64,000 nt of DNA from positions 8,816,066 through 8,880,065 of the forward strand of contig NC_057719.1 in the NCBI RefSeq assembly GCF_004010195.1. The letters run 5' to 3'. The DNA comes from Chiloscyllium plagiosum (Eukaryota). The stretch's first letter is position 1; every line of letters starts with the position of its first letter. The position numbers and the translations under genes are program-made. Positions 25,108-37,988 of this stretch are shown here, one piece after another. The notes beneath the pieces are model-generated. The model searched no databases, was not told the origin of the DNA, and was given only the letters and a program-made list of their open reading frames with translations.

Positions 25108-25553
25108 TAGAGTCATAGAGATGTACAGCATGGAAACAGACCCTTCGGTCCAACCCATCCATGCTGATCAGATATCCCAACCCAATCTAGTCCCACCTGC
25201 CAGCACCCAGCCCATATCCCTCCAAACCCTTCCTATTCATGCCATCCAAACGCCTTTAAATGTTGTAATTGTACCAGCCTCCACCACTTCCTCTGGCAGC
25301 TCATTCCATACTCGTACCATCCTCTGAGTGAAAAAGCTGCCCTTTAGGTCTCTTTAATATCTTTCCCTCTCACCCTAAACCTATGCCCTCTCGTTCTGGA
25401 CTTCCCGACCCCAGGGAAAAGACTTTGCCTATTTACCCTATCCATGCTCCTCATAATTTTGTAAACCTCTACAAGGCCACCCCTCAGCCACCGATGCTCC
25501 AGGAAAACAGCTCCAGCCTGTTCAGCCTCTCCCTATGGCTCAAATCCTCCAGC
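25108..25553 (-). mobile_element. HER1 LINE 3' fragment
   Basis: Reverse complement of the 44200-44630 type sequence. Confidence 0.9.
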
Positions 25554-25865
25554 TCATTTGGCCAGGGATTTTCAGAGATGGAAATATGCATTTCCCATAT
25601 TCAGCAGGACCCAGCCATTTACAGCTGGAGAACAGACCCAGGCACTGGGGGCTGGGTTGGATGTCATGCCATCACTTTTCAGCCACACTGGTGCAGGGAA
25701 AAAAATAAGGTGCTTTCAGTTACTGAAACAAAATCGGAAAAGTGCTGGAGAAACTCAACAGGTCTGGCAGCAATTTTGGAGAGAGAAACAGAGTCAATGT
25801 TGCACATCTGAAATAACTCCACAGATGTCGCTATCCCATCATCAAGTATCCTCTCTTTACATTTG

Positions 25866-26043
25866 TGTAGTACTTGATAGTGGTCCAGCTTCCTGTGAGC
25901 CAGCTCTGGGAGTGAACTGTACCTCTGACACTCCTGTTTATATCTGTCAGCCAGAGCTCCCTGATTGGACCAGATTAACAGCTCCAATCAGGGAACTCAT
26001 ATTCTCTGCGATCCACCTGGCTGACCACGTTACAATCACTACG
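25866..26043. mobile_element. Possible small solo LTR remnant
   Basis: TGTAGT...ACTAC(G) termini and internal inverted repeat TCCCTGATTGG/CCAATCAGGGA; no target-site duplication seen. Confidence 0.35.
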
Positions 26044-26365
26044 ACGTCCAGTGGCCCTTTGTCAGAACAGTGCCCACAGTTCTCTGTTTTGCTTCCAGTC
26101 ACTTTCTGACAGGATGGAGCTGAAGGACAAACTACCAATGATTCTTTTGACAAACCAATGGCTTCTCCTCCTCCGCTATTAGCATCACCCTCTGAGGCAC
26201 ATTCAGAAAGCAGATCCGAGAATAATTCCAACTAGCTGGCAGCAGCTGAGGAATGGACTGTCGCGAATCAGCAAACCATTTCTAACTCGCATTCAATTTA
26301 TGTCAATGGGAAAGACAAGTCAATGATTTGTGCAGATGTGCACTGCTATGGACCAAGACGGTGGT

Positions 26366-26670
26366 GGGCGGCACGGTGGCACAGTGGTTAGCACTGCTGC
26401 CTCACAGCGCCAGAGACCCGGGTTCAATTCCCGACTCAGAGTGTGGAGTTTGTACATTCTCCCCGTGTCTGCGTGGGTTTCCTCCGGGTGCTCCAGTTTC
26501 CTCCCACAGTCCAAAGATGTGCGGGTCAGGTGAACTGGCCATGCTAAATTGCCCGTAGTGTTAGGTTAAAGGGGTAAATGTAGGGGTATGGGTGGGTTGC
26601 GCTTCGGCGGGTCGGTGTGGACTTGTTGGGCCGAAGGGCCTGTTTCCACACTGTAAGTAATCTAATCTAA
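26366..26670 (+). mobile_element. HE1 SINE, young full-length copy
   Basis: CpG-rich; box A TGGCACAGTGG, box B GGTTCAATTCC, (TAATC)n tail. Confidence 0.95.
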
Positions 26671-27189
26671 GTGTATAATCTAAGACTTAAAACTGCCCTC
26701 AGAGAATCTGTTTTCGGAACAGACATGGAGGGGATGGGTTTGCAAGAGTGTCGACTTAGGATTTAGAAATTATTTTATCCTGTGTGGGACATATTCACCA
26801 CATTAAAAAACAGAAATCAGCATCATAGCCTGCCTGTTCTTCAGGTAGGCAATGACAATAAAGATTGAGCAGGTCAGGCCTATACCCAAGGGGACGTTTA
26901 GGAAAATGAGAGGTGATCTTATTAAAACATGTAAAACTGTGGGAGGTTGATTGGGTGGATGCTGGGATGTTTAGGGAAGGGGGTGGGGGGTTGGAGACTA
27001 GAACTACAGGACTTGACAATAAGAAGTTTCCCATTTAAAAGTGAGATTAGGATAATCCTTTTCTCTCAGGGGACTACCTGTATCTACCTCAGAGACCATT
27101 GCAGGTACATCATGCAACATGTTCAAAAGGAGACTTGGGCAGATTATGGATCAACAAATCAGGTAAGGACAGAGTCAGGGCCACCATCA

Positions 27190-27426
27190 GATCAGCACAG
27201 TGGGTCAGGCAGCATCTGAGGAGCAGAAGAGTTGATGTTTCGGGCATAAGCCCTTCATCAGGAATGTGCAGGGGGAAGGGTGATGAGAGATAAATGGAGG
27301 GGTGGGTTGGTAGCTGGGAAGATGATCGGATGGATGCGGGTGGGAGGGGTGACAGTGATAGGTCAATGGGGAGGGTCAAACAGACAAGTGGGAAGGAAGA
27401 TGGACAGGTAGGGCAGGTCAAGAGGG
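27190..27426 (-). mobile_element. PLE 3' region with intact hammerhead core (27234-27261)
   Basis: Minus CUGAUGA-A-GGGC-UUAU-GCCC-GAAA-CAUC; runs into a 17-N gap (27427-27443). Confidence 0.8.
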
Positions 27427-27443
27427 NNNNNNNNNNNNNNNNN

Positions 27444-27890
27444 TTGGAATGTTTAACAGAATAATAGATACAATAACTATTATGAATTAACCATTCCAAC
27501 ATGCTAACATCCCATAAACACACCCTTCGCAAAATGCAAGCTTAGTAAAATAGATTGCCTCACAGGCAGTTCTCAAGTCCAGGAAGAAAATCATCAAGAG
27601 AAAACTCTGAGAGAGCGTAGCAGGCAGGAGAGATTTACTTGCAGCTGCTAAACCCTGCTGAGACCCAGGAACAACTGCTGAAAACTAAATCTAAAAATCC
27701 TGGCTCTGTGGGAGCTTGACCACACCCATTCAGCCTGCTTCTACTGTTCCAACTTTGAAAAAAAAAACTCAAGGCCTCATAAGCTGTTTACTCTATGAGT
27801 TTACAACAGACAGATTGTCATCTCTGCCTTAAAATCTCTCTTCAAAAAACAAGGATAAGATACACTTCTTGATGTCATAGCACTGTCACA
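27444..27890. mobile_element. Probable LTR remnant
   Basis: Ends in TGTCACA with LTR-like composition; other end lost in the gap. Confidence 0.4.
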
Positions 27891-28359
27891 TTTGTACAGT
27901 TGCAGCAACACGTCTCTACTTTTAATCTCTACTCCTTCAGATTTTCATAGCATCTGGAAACCCCTCAGTGTTGATTTAATGCTGCGCCTGTCATTACTAC
28001 TGTCAATGTAGCCGCTATTGAGCCTGAGTGCACCCACTCCTCATAACTCTCCAATTGCGTTTTGTTTTCTTTTGGAATTCCGCCTTACAGCATTTGAACT
28101 CTCTGTGACAGTGAACGATCACCTTTACAGTCTCAAAGGCTGCAGCTGGGGCCACCTGAAAGCTTTGTGGCTTTTTGTGAGAAATCCAGAAAGTATTCAC
28201 TGAAGGCAGAAGGGCCTGCTTCAGTTTGTCTTTCAACCCTTTTGCTGGAGGGCTTTGAAACAATGAGCACACTCCAGGTAGAGTTGCTCAATGTTAGTTT
28301 GACAACATATATTCCTGTATAATAACTGGAAAATCATATCAGATAACACATCAGACATG

Positions 28360-28532
28360 CAGACAGTAAGGAGAGTCAATGGATGTGAAGTTGGAAAAGC
28401 ACAGCGGGTCAGGCAGCATCAGAAGGTCAACGTTTCATCCCGAAACCCTTTGGCAGTCCTGAAGCATTGACTTTCCTGCTCCTCGGATGCTGTCTGACTT
28501 GCTGTGCTTTCTAGCTTCACATCTATTGGCTC
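28360..28532. mobile_element. Fold-back PLE derivative family A, degenerate
   Basis: Inverted arms; flanking repeats ACACATCAGA(C/T)ATG at 28346 and 28533. Confidence 0.8.
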
Positions 28533-28717
28533 ACACATCAGATATGATTCTGTTTATGAAGAAATGGAAGCAACTAAGCTGCTAAGTGCCTGTAAGTAAT
28601 CAAGTCTAATGCTGTAAATAAGCTCAAGTACAGGGTAACTGGGTTGTTCAGGGAATGACGTTTGGGGGATTGTATTGCATTCTGTGAGTAGATGTCAATG
28701 GACTGCAGTGACTCTGG

Positions 28718-29208
28718 CATAGAGTCATGCAGATGTACAGCATAGAAACAGATCCTTCGGTCCAACCTGTCCATGCTGAACACATATCCCAACCCAATCT
28801 AGTCCCACCTGCCAGCACCCGGCCCATATCCCTCCAAACCCTTCCCATTCATATACCTATCCAAATGCCTCGAAAATGTTGCAATTGTACCAGCCTCCAC
28901 CACTTCCTGTGGCAACTCATTCCATACACGTTCCACACCCTCTGTGTGAAAAAGTTGCCCCTTAGGTCTCTTTTATGTCTTTCCCCTCTCACCCTAAACC
29001 TATACCCTCTCGTTCTGGACTCCCCGACCCCAGGGAAAAGACTTTGTCTATTTATCCTATCCATGCCCTGCATAATTTTGTAAACCTCCATAAGGTCACC
29101 CCTCAGCCTCCGACGCTCCAGGGGAAAACAGCCCCAGCCTGTTCAGCCTCTCCCTATAGCTCAAATCCTCCAATCCTGGCAACACCCTTGTAAATCTTTT
29201 CTGAACTC
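28718..29208 (-). mobile_element. HER1 LINE 3' fragment
   Basis: EVYKIMQGMDRINRQSLFPGVGESRTRG...RGNFFTQRV. Confidence 0.9.
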
Positions 29209-29750
29209 TTGTGGTGGCTGTTTTCGACAGTTATCTGAATGGTTTTGTGATATGATCTAAGTTTCAAATCTGCATAGTGCCCACTCTTGTTTGCCCTGCC
29301 CGAACACATTGCCCTTTTCCTGCCAACCTAGAAGGTCACTCAAACTTTGCCCTTGGTCTCAAGGGTGTTCATTGCCTTTTGACACCAACAACATGAATTT
29401 GGTTAACACTTTCCACACAAGAAAACACACCAGCAGCTTTCTCGCAGGAGAGATTATGAAACAAACTACAACTCTGAGTCACCCAAGGTGTGATTTGGAG
29501 AGGTGACTGATTGCTCACTGATACGGTCTTTAATTTCTGACGTGAACATAGCAGAATTAGACTGGTCTGCCACCATTGATCTGATTGCATGTTGACTCCC
29601 ACATTCTTACCAAATGCCCCTCATAAAAACATCGCTTTCGAGAAGGTGGTTGTGAGCTGTGTTCTGGAACTGTTGTAGTCCTTGTGATGTAGGGATGCCC
29701 ACTGTCTTATAAGAACATAGGAGCAGAATTAGGTCATTCAGCCCATCTAG

Positions 29751-29865
29751 CAGAAAGTGAGAGCTGCAGATGCTGGAGATCAGAGTTGAGAGTGTGTGAT
29801 GCTGGAAAAGCACAACAGGTCGGGCAGCAATCGAGGAGCAGGAGAATCGACGTTTCGGGCAGGAG
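29751..29865 (-). mobile_element. Single-arm PLE derivative family A inserted in a CR1 tail
   Basis: Truncated within stem II (GCCCGAAACGTC retained); flanking repeats ATTC(A/G)GCCCATCTAG at 29736 and 29866. Confidence 0.8.
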
Positions 29866-30084
29866 ATTCGGCCCATCTAGTCTGCTCTGCCATTCAATGA
29901 GACCATGGCTATTCAGGTAATCATCAACGCCATCTGCCTTTTCCCCATAACCTTCGATTCCCCTTAAAACTCTGTCAACCTCAACCTTGAATATATTTCA
30001 TGACTCAATCTTGACCTACCTCTGTGGCAAAGGGTTCAGCAGATTCACTAAGGTCTGGGAGAAGAAATTACTCCTTGGAGATAA

Positions 30085-30675
30085 AGGCAGCACAGTCACT
30101 CAATGAGTGGCTCGGTGGTTAGCACTGCTACCTCACAGCGCCACGGACCTGGGCTCAATCCCAGTCTTGGGCAACTGTATGAGTGGAGTTTGCACATTCT
30201 CCCCGTGTCTGTCTGGGTTTGCTCTGGTTTCCTCGCATGGTCCAAACACCTGCATGTTAGGCGGACTTGCCATGCTATATTGCCCATACTGTATAGAGAT
30301 GGATAGGCTAGGTGAGTTAACCATGGGAAATGCAGGGTAGGGGGCTGGGACGTCCTTCTGAGGACTTGTGCAGACTCAACAGGCCAAATGGCCCCTTTAC
30401 GCATGTAGGGATTAGATTAGATTCCCTACAGTGTGGAAAAAAGCCCTTCGGCCCAACAAGTCCACACCGACCCTCCGAAGAGTAAACCCAGACAGACCCA
30501 TTTCCCTCTGACTAACACTATGGGCAATTTAGCATGGCCAATTCACCTAACCTGCACATCTTTGTGACGTGTGAGAGGAAACCCACACAGACACGGGATG
30601 AATGTGCAAACTCCACATTGACAGTTGCCCAAGGCGGGAATTGAACCCAGTTCCCTGGCGCCCCAAATTCTATGA
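30085..30675. mobile_element. HE1 (+) with a second HE1 (-, about 30411-30661) inserted in its tail
   Basis: GTAGGGATT|AGATTAGATT junction; host tail resumes at TTCTATGA. Confidence 0.8.
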
Positions 30676-31536
30676 CTTTGACATAACCTTCTTCTGAGAT
30701 TATGCCGTCTAGTTCCACACTCTTCACCATTTTGGAGTTAGTTAATTATAGATTGCAGATTATTAAATACCTAATTTCACACCGGCCCCTCAGTACATTC
30801 CCAAACTTTGTAACCATGTGTGGATTTTCTCTTTCTTTAGCTCATCACTCAGTCATTTTGGAATGGTTGACAGGCTACTGAATCACACGCTCCCTTTGTC
30901 CCTCTGAGAATAGGGAGATCGATGTGATAGTGGCGTATCATCGATATCTTCACACCTTAGTTTTTTTTACAGGAGGGATGGGGGGTTTGATGGAGGGGAG
31001 GGAGGAAGGAGGTGGGGGTGCTGTGTGCTGTCTTCCCAATTTACAGTTTATAAAGTCAAGCCCCGCTCTGGTCTGAAATGGTCTCAGACAGGACAGCAAG
31101 CATTGCAGTGCTAAAGCCTGGCAGTCCTGTTGTGTGTCAATAAAGATTGCACTCTCAAAATGCATGAGCCATTCCTTCCCCAAGGATACAGATAAATTAT
31201 TTAATTATACTGGGAACTTGCTGGTATCTACCTCATGGGCTAGTCATGACATCAGCTTCCAACAACAGTCTGCAATCAGATCACACCTGATACTCCACAG
31301 GCTACTTTGCACCATCTTAGTGACCATAGCAACGTGATTACTATCCATTACCCTCATACGACAAGCTCCAGTCAAACTGTGCCTTCGATCCCATATGTCG
31401 AAGCAGCTCCATTTCTCACACACACACTGCTGATGTCACTCAACCAGTTTGGAGGCTGGTTGTTTGGTAAATCACGAAAGAAGCAGAAATGTGAGGGCAA
31501 GAGATATGGGCAGAGGAAGAATGAAAGCAACACTGT

Positions 31537-31851
31537 GGGGTGGCACAGTGGCAAGCATTGCTGCCTCACAGCACAAGGGTCCCAGGTTCGATTCCAGCCT
31601 CGGGCAACTGTCTGTGTGGAGTTTGCACATTCTCCCCGTGTCTGCGTGGGTTTCCTCCAAGTGCTCCAGTTTTCTCCCACAGTCCAAAGATGTACCAGTT
31701 ATGTGAATTGGCCATGTTAAATTGCCCATAGTGTTAGGTGCATTAGTTAGAGGGAAATGGGTCTGGGTGGGTTACTCTTTGGGAGGGTCAGTGTGGACTT
31801 GTTGGGCCAAAGGGCCTGTTTCCATACTGTAGGGAATCCAGTCTAATCTAA
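31537..31851 (+). mobile_element. HE1 SINE
   Basis: Head, V-domain and TCTAATCTAA tail. Confidence 0.9.
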
Positions 31852-32299
31852 AAACCTCTGCCTTTGTGTGGCCATACCGATCAAAACATCTCTGATTGTT
31901 TTCAGAATGAAGGGTTGCACATAAACTCCACTTAGTTTGACTACAGATGATTTTGCCCATGATGTAAATTTAATCCGTATAAAATGTACAACCTGTTGAG
32001 TACAAATCAACAACATGTACTTTGATTAAGACAGAGATGAGGAATTTGTCAGAGGGTAGGTAATCTGAAAACCTGTTCACCACAGAGAGCTGTAGGAACT
32101 GGGTCATTAAATATATTCAAGGCAGCGTTAAACATATTTTTAATCAGGTAGGGAATCAAGGGAAAAAAGGCAGGCCTGTGGAGTTGAAGGTGATTGGATC
32201 AGCCATGATCTTATTGAATGATGAAGTAGTCTCGATGGGCTGAATAGTCTATCTCTGTCTGATGGTCTCATTTCACACAATGGAAAGGAGGCACAGACT

Positions 32300-32842
32300 T
32301 TTGGAAATATTGCGTCCAGTTCTGCTCTCCCTCCTATAGGAATGATGTTGTGAAACTTGAAAGGGTTTAGAAAAGATGTTGCCAGGGTTGGAGGGTTTGA
32401 GCGACAGGGAGAGGCTGAATTAGCTGGGGCTGTTTTCCCTGGAGCATTGGAGGCTGAGGGGTGACCATATAGAAGTTTACAAAATCATGAGGGGCATGGA
32501 TAAGGTAAATCGACAAGATCTTTTCCCTGGGGTCAGGGAGTCCAGGACTAGAGGACATAGGTTTAGGATGAGAGGGGAAAGACATAAAAGGGACCTGAGG
32601 GGCAATGTTTTCACACAGACAGTGTTGTAAATATGACATGAGATGCTAGAGAGAGTGGTGGAGGCCAGCATAATTACAGCGTTTAAAAGGCATCTGAATG
32701 AGTATATGAACAGGAAGGGCTTAGAGGGATATGAGCCAAATGTGGGCAAATGGGACTAAATTAACTTAGGATATCTGGTCGGCATGAAGGACTTGGACGA
32801 AGGGTCTGTTTCTGTACTGTAAATCTCTATGGCTGTATGATT
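32300..32842 (+). mobile_element. HER1 LINE 3' fragment
   Basis: TTGGAAATATTGCGTCCAGTTCTG...GATGTTGTGAAACTTGAAAGGGTT...tail. Confidence 0.88.
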
Positions 32843-33074
32843 TGCATTTTATACCACACCAGGATATTTCAAAGTGTCTGACAGGCAATTAATACCTTTT
32901 GAAGTGGGGTCACTGGTGGGGAATCAGAGCAACCACTTTACAAACATAAGCTCCATGAATAAATGCAAGATAATGTGCAGTAGATCTGCAAATAAACGTG
33001 TAAACGAGGTCCTGAAGTTGGCTATTTGGCCTTCAAGCCTCCTCCACCATTCAAGCAGATCAGGGCTGACCTAA

Positions 33075-33367
33075 TGGCTGGCACTTGGCTCAGTGGTTAG
33101 TATTGCTGCCTCACAGTGCCAGGGACCCGGGTTCAATTCTATCCTTGGGCAACTGTCTGTGTGGAGTTTGCACATCCTCTTGGTTTCTACACAGATGTTC
33201 TCCTCATGCTCTGGTTTCCTCTTACACGATCCAAAGATGTGCAGGTTAGGTGGATTAGCCATGGGAAAGGAAGGGTTATGGGTTCAATCTGCTTTGGATG
33301 CCCTTCAGAGACATGATGTGGACTTGGTGAGTCAAACGGCCTGCTTCCACACTCTTGGGATCCTATC
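33075..33367 (+). mobile_element. HE1 SINE, diverged
   Basis: GGCTCAGTGGTTAG head and V-domain. Confidence 0.8.
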
Positions 33368-33799
33368 GTTCGAATTGTGCTCCAAATTCCATATTCCCAA
33401 CTATCCTCAGTTACCTCAGATTGCGTGTCTAACGAGAACCTATCCACTGCTGCTTTAAAAAAATATTTACCCAGCCTGCCTTCTGTGGAACTGTTCCAAA
33501 ATCATACAACTGTCAGTGTAAAAACACAACCCTCTCATCTCTGTCCGATACCAATGACCTCCTAGTTTTATCACAGTGTCGCCTAAATCTGGACTGACAC
33601 AAAGGAGGAAAAATCTCTTCCCCATCCTGATGGCCAAAGCCATTCAGAATCATATACACCTCAATCTCATCGCCTCCCCCCTCCCCCCAACTCTTGTAAT
33701 CCTCAGTGGAACCAATTCGAGCCTGTCCAATCCTGTGTCATGAGACTTCTGACTTGTTCCAACTTTCATGCTTTGAACCACCTCCAATGCTTTTCCTTT

Positions 33800-34135
33800 T
33801 AATTCATTCATGAGAAGAGGGCATCACTGGCAAGGTGGCATTTATTGCCCATCCCTAATTGCCCACAGTGTAGTTAAGAGTCAACCACATTGCTGTGGGT
33901 CTGGAGTCACATGTAGGCCAGACCAGGTAAGGTTGGCAGGTTCTTTCGCTAAAAATCATTAGTGAACCGGGTGGGTTTTTCCAACAATCAACTCATAGTT
34001 ATCATTAGATGATTAATTTCCTTTTTTCACTGAATTCAAATGTCCACCATGGCTGGATTCCAACCCAGGTCCGCAGGACATTATCTGGGTCTCTGGCTTA
34101 ACAGTCCAGCAATAATACCACTAGGCCATTGCCTC
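33800..34135 (-). mobile_element. SINE family B, near full length
   Basis: Reverse complement of the head (TAATACCACTAGGCCATTGCCTC) and tail (GCATTTATTGCCCATCCCTAATTGCC). Confidence 0.85.
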
Positions 34136-34159
34136 ACCTGTAACCTGCCTTAAGCAAGG

Positions 34160-34376
34160 GGGAGAAAGTGAGGACAGCAGATGCTGGAGGTGAGAGTCGA
34201 GGAGTGTGATGCTCGAAAAGCCAGCAGGTCAAGCAGCATCCGAGGAGCAGGAAAATTGATGTTTCGAGCATAAGGTCTTCATCAGGAATGATGGTATTAT
34301 GCTTGAAACGTCGATTCTCCTGCTCATTGGATGCTACCTGACTGGCTGTGCTTTTCCAGCACCACACTCTTCGATT
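34160..34376. mobile_element. Fold-back PLE derivative family A
   Basis: Inverted arms meeting at CATCAGGAATGATG; flanking repeats CTTAA(G/A)CAAGG at 34149 and 34377. Confidence 0.85.
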
Positions 34377-35414
34377 CTTAAACAAGGAGACCAAAACTGC
34401 ACACAGTATTTGAGATGCAGTCTCCTCAAGGCCCTGTTTTGACATTGCACACTGAGATTCAAATGTTGCCCGGGACGTTGGAAAGAAAGCTACTTCAGCA
34501 ATGCTTTGGATCTTCTGGTTCCACTCAGATCAGCAAGTGAGCCCTCGGAAAAGCAGCAGCTGAGGCACTGAAGAAATCCCTTGATGATGCACTCAAATAT
34601 CTGCCAAATATTTCACTACCTTGGTGTATATTCTTTTGATTTAATTTCCTATTTCCTCTTGGCTTTCTTAGGTATTTTCTAACTCCGAAAGAGTCTGGTA
34701 GACTTCTCTCTGGCCTCATGTTTCCCCTTGACACGCTTTTTCCTGCAGTCCAAAAGAAATCGAAACATGCCCAAGGTTTTTACAAGCCCTTTGGAGATTG
34801 ATTGGGAGCTGGCAAGAGATGGTGAATGGCATTGGGAACAAAGCGTGGTGCATTTTCCACCGAGAGTGGCTATTCCGAGCTGTGGCAATGACAGCGGAGA
34901 GATTGCCCACCCAATGACCCCAGGAAACAGCCAATCGGCAGGCCGGGCCACCAAGCCGTTATCAGTCCCACAATGGCATCTTACAGGAAGTGAGCCTGCC
35001 CGCAAGATGAAGAAAGTGTCTCATTGATTTCATGGTGGTGGAGGAATGGGGGGGGGTTGAGGGTTGGCCTTATAATCCAGACACCCACGGCCCACATCTC
35101 GATGGCACGCAGCGACAATGGCTGCCTATGGTTCTGGCACAGTTTCTTGAACAGCCACCCCAACAATCGGGCTCTACCCACCTTCCTGGCACATCCTTAT
35201 TCTCTTCCCAGTCCGATCAGAGCATCTAAAGATAGAAATACCCTCCGGCTTCGCTAGTGACCACTTCACTTACCAAGGTTAGAACTCATATCCTCCCTTA
35301 CCTTCAATTTTCCCATGTGGCTATATTCTGATCCCTTATTGGTATTTTACTTTCTGTTTGTTTCTCTGTGGTGCACATTTCTTTGCATTCTGTCAAAATC
35401 CTTTTTATGCGTTG

Positions 35415-35620
35415 AGGGTGAGCTTCTTCTCCCAGAGGGTTGTGAAACTGTGGAATTCCCTGCCCAGTGAAGCAGTTGAGGCTACCTCGTTGAATGTTTT
35501 TAAGGCAAAGGTGAATAGATTTTTGAATAGTAAGGGAATTGAGGGTGATGGTGAGCAGGTGGGTAAGTGGCGATGCGTCCATGAAAAGATCAGCCATGAA
35601 TCTATTGAAAGGCGGAGCAT
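35415..35620 (+). mobile_element. CR1 LINE 3' fragment (continues at 36285-36330 after nested SINEs)
   Basis: FFSQRVVKLWNSLPSEAVEATSLNVFKAKVNRFL. Confidence 0.8.
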
Positions 35621-35635
35621 GCACCATGGTTATAT

Positions 35636-36284
35636 GAGATCCCCTACAGTATGGAAAGAAGCCCTTTGGCCCAACAAGTCCACACCGACCGTCCGAAGAG
35701 TAACCCACCCAGACCCATTCCCTTACCCTGTATTTACCCCGATGAATGCACCTAACACTATAGGCAATTTAGCATGGCCAATTCACCTGGCCAGCACATC
35801 TTTGGGCGGCACGGTGGCACAGTGGTTAGCACTGCTGCCTCACAGCGCCAGAGACCCGGGTTCATTTCCCGCCTCAGGCGACTGACTGTGTGGAGTTTGT
35901 ACGTTCTCCCCGTGTCTGCGTGGGTTTCCTCCGGGTGCTCCGGTTTCCTCCCACAGTCCAAAGATGTGCAGGGTCAGGTGAATTGGCCATACTAAATTGC
36001 CCGTAGTGTTAGATAAGGAGTAAATGTAGGGGTATGGGTGGGTTTCGCTTCGGCGGGTCGGTGTGGACTTGTTGGGCCGAAGGGCCTGTTTCCACACTGT
36101 AATCTAATCTAATCTAATCTAATCTTTGGATTGTGGGAGGAAACCAGAACACCCAGAAGAAACCAATGCAGACACAGGGAGAATGTGCAAACTCCACACA
36201 GTGAGTCACCCAAGGCAGGAATTGAACCCAGGTCCCTGGAGCTGTGAGGCAGTAGGACTCACCACTCAGCCACCCTACCACCCA
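35636..36284. mobile_element. HE1 (-) host with a young HE1 (+, about 35806-36121) nested inside
   Basis: ATCTTTGG on both sides of the insert; (AATCT)n tail. Confidence 0.9.
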
Positions 36285-37364
36285 CAGGTCAGATGGTCTA
36301 TTCCTGCTCTTATTTCTTATGTTCTCTTATATTTTTGCATCATTGTTTGCCAATATTGCTACTCAAATTATTTTGCCAAGTTCCATCCTTATCCACTTTA
36401 CTTTCCCGTATTGCCATGCTGGATTTGCGATGGCTTTCTCAACTATTGTCATGAAGCAAATTATATTATGATCACTATTGTCGAGGCATTCCCTGACCTT
36501 TAATTCTCTTATCTGTGCTGGTTTTTGCCTCATCATTAAATCCAATAATAATTGGATTTGTTGGATCTTTAATAATTGTTGAACCTTTTGCATACAAGAT
36601 CAGGAAGAACCCCTGTAAACATTTAGGGAACCTAATTCCTACATCTCAATTAATTCTTCAGGGTAGCTGAAATCCCTCACACTTATCATTCTTTGTCTTT
36701 TATATATTTCACCAATGTACGTTTTGCTCCGTCCTTCTCTCCCCACCCCCCACTAAAAGACTACACAAACTACTGCGACTGATCATTTGTTATATTTTAT
36801 TTCTCATCAGATGAATTCTATTTTTATCTCACTGGCAGCTTTGTGACATTCTCTACTGTCATTGTGTTATCTCCAGTAAGTTCAGTTACTCATCTCCTCT
36901 TTTTCGCTGTCTGTCTTTTTTAAATATTTTATACCCTGCAATGTTTAATTCTCAGTTCTGATATTTCTGCAGCTGTGTCCCAGTAATCCCTACCTTACCT
37001 GGTTCCTCATTCCTCTGGCCATTTATAATTACCTCCAATTTCCCTGTTGTGCACAGACTGTTGAATAGCTCTGCTCATTTTTTACCACTGGTCCCTTGCT
37101 TTACTTTCAGCCATTTCCTGCCCATTTATGTCCTTACTAATTGCAGTTTTGTCTCAGACAGGTCTCACCAGTCTCCTGTATAAAAAAGGCCTGTTCATTT
37201 CTTGTCGATCTCGAAAACAGATGGAAGGAAAAGGATGGCAATCAAAGTTCTTTTGAATTCCACTAGTATACTATTTTTCGACCACCATTACCAGGAAGAA
37301 TACAATTCATACCTCATCAATTCTTCCTGTGAAAGAGCAAAGTCTTCTTTTTATTTACCCATGG

Positions 37365-37984
37365 TGTCACAAAGCTAGTCCTTTTTTTCCGAAAAGCTGT
37401 TCCGTGGCTCAAGGTTACTCTGTCTTTGATTCTTTTCGGAGGGGTAATAAACCAATCCGGGCTCCAATCAGACTGGTTTGGTACAGAGATGAGAAAGGAT
37501 TTTGAGCGGCCTTTTGTTTATATGTAAACAGGTGAGATCTCAGGCCAAAGTGGTCATGTTTTAGAAGTGAGTTCTAAAAGAAGCTGAACAGTTTAGTTCA
37601 ATCCAGAACTGGTTGGGAGTTCAACAGTGAGCTATGTGGAAACTCTCTTGTCTGCCCTTCTAACTTCAACCTGTAGGCATCTGACCCTTTTCTGAACTGT
37701 GTTTTTAAGGGGGTTTGCTTATTGCGACTGTGGTGTATATTTGGAACAGCATAATTAAATCTAGTTTGGATAGACTGAGTTCTGTAGGGGTTCTTCATTA
37801 TCTTCTTCGTGTTTCACTGTGTAATTTTGTGAATAAATTGTTTTGTCTGTTTTATACCTGGTAGTCAACCTCAATAACTTACTCCGGGTAATTTTCACTG
37901 TACACTTACCAAAACAAATTGCAAAGTTATGGTTGAGGCTGCATGCTCCAGAATGTTTTGAGTAGTCTGGCCTAGTCCATAACA
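37365..37984 (+). mobile_element. Solo LTR (620 bp), probably Ty3/Gypsy-type
   Basis: TGTCAC...ATAACA termini, 4-bp duplication ATGG (37361-37364 and 37985-37988), AATAAA at about 37832. Confidence 0.8.
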
Positions 37985-37988
37985 ATGG

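Noticed and set aside
26112..26234. Possible terminal exon (DGAEGQTT...SENNSN*)
   Set aside because: Plausible acceptor, but low-complexity peptide, no homology recognised and no upstream partner exon
26366..26445. tRNA gene
   Set aside because: A/B boxes belong to an HE1 SINE head followed by the V-domain and tail
34670..35260. Cluster of overlapping ORFs in unique sequence
   Set aside because: No recognisable protein or consistent splice pattern; frames from the best acceptor (34671) hit stops
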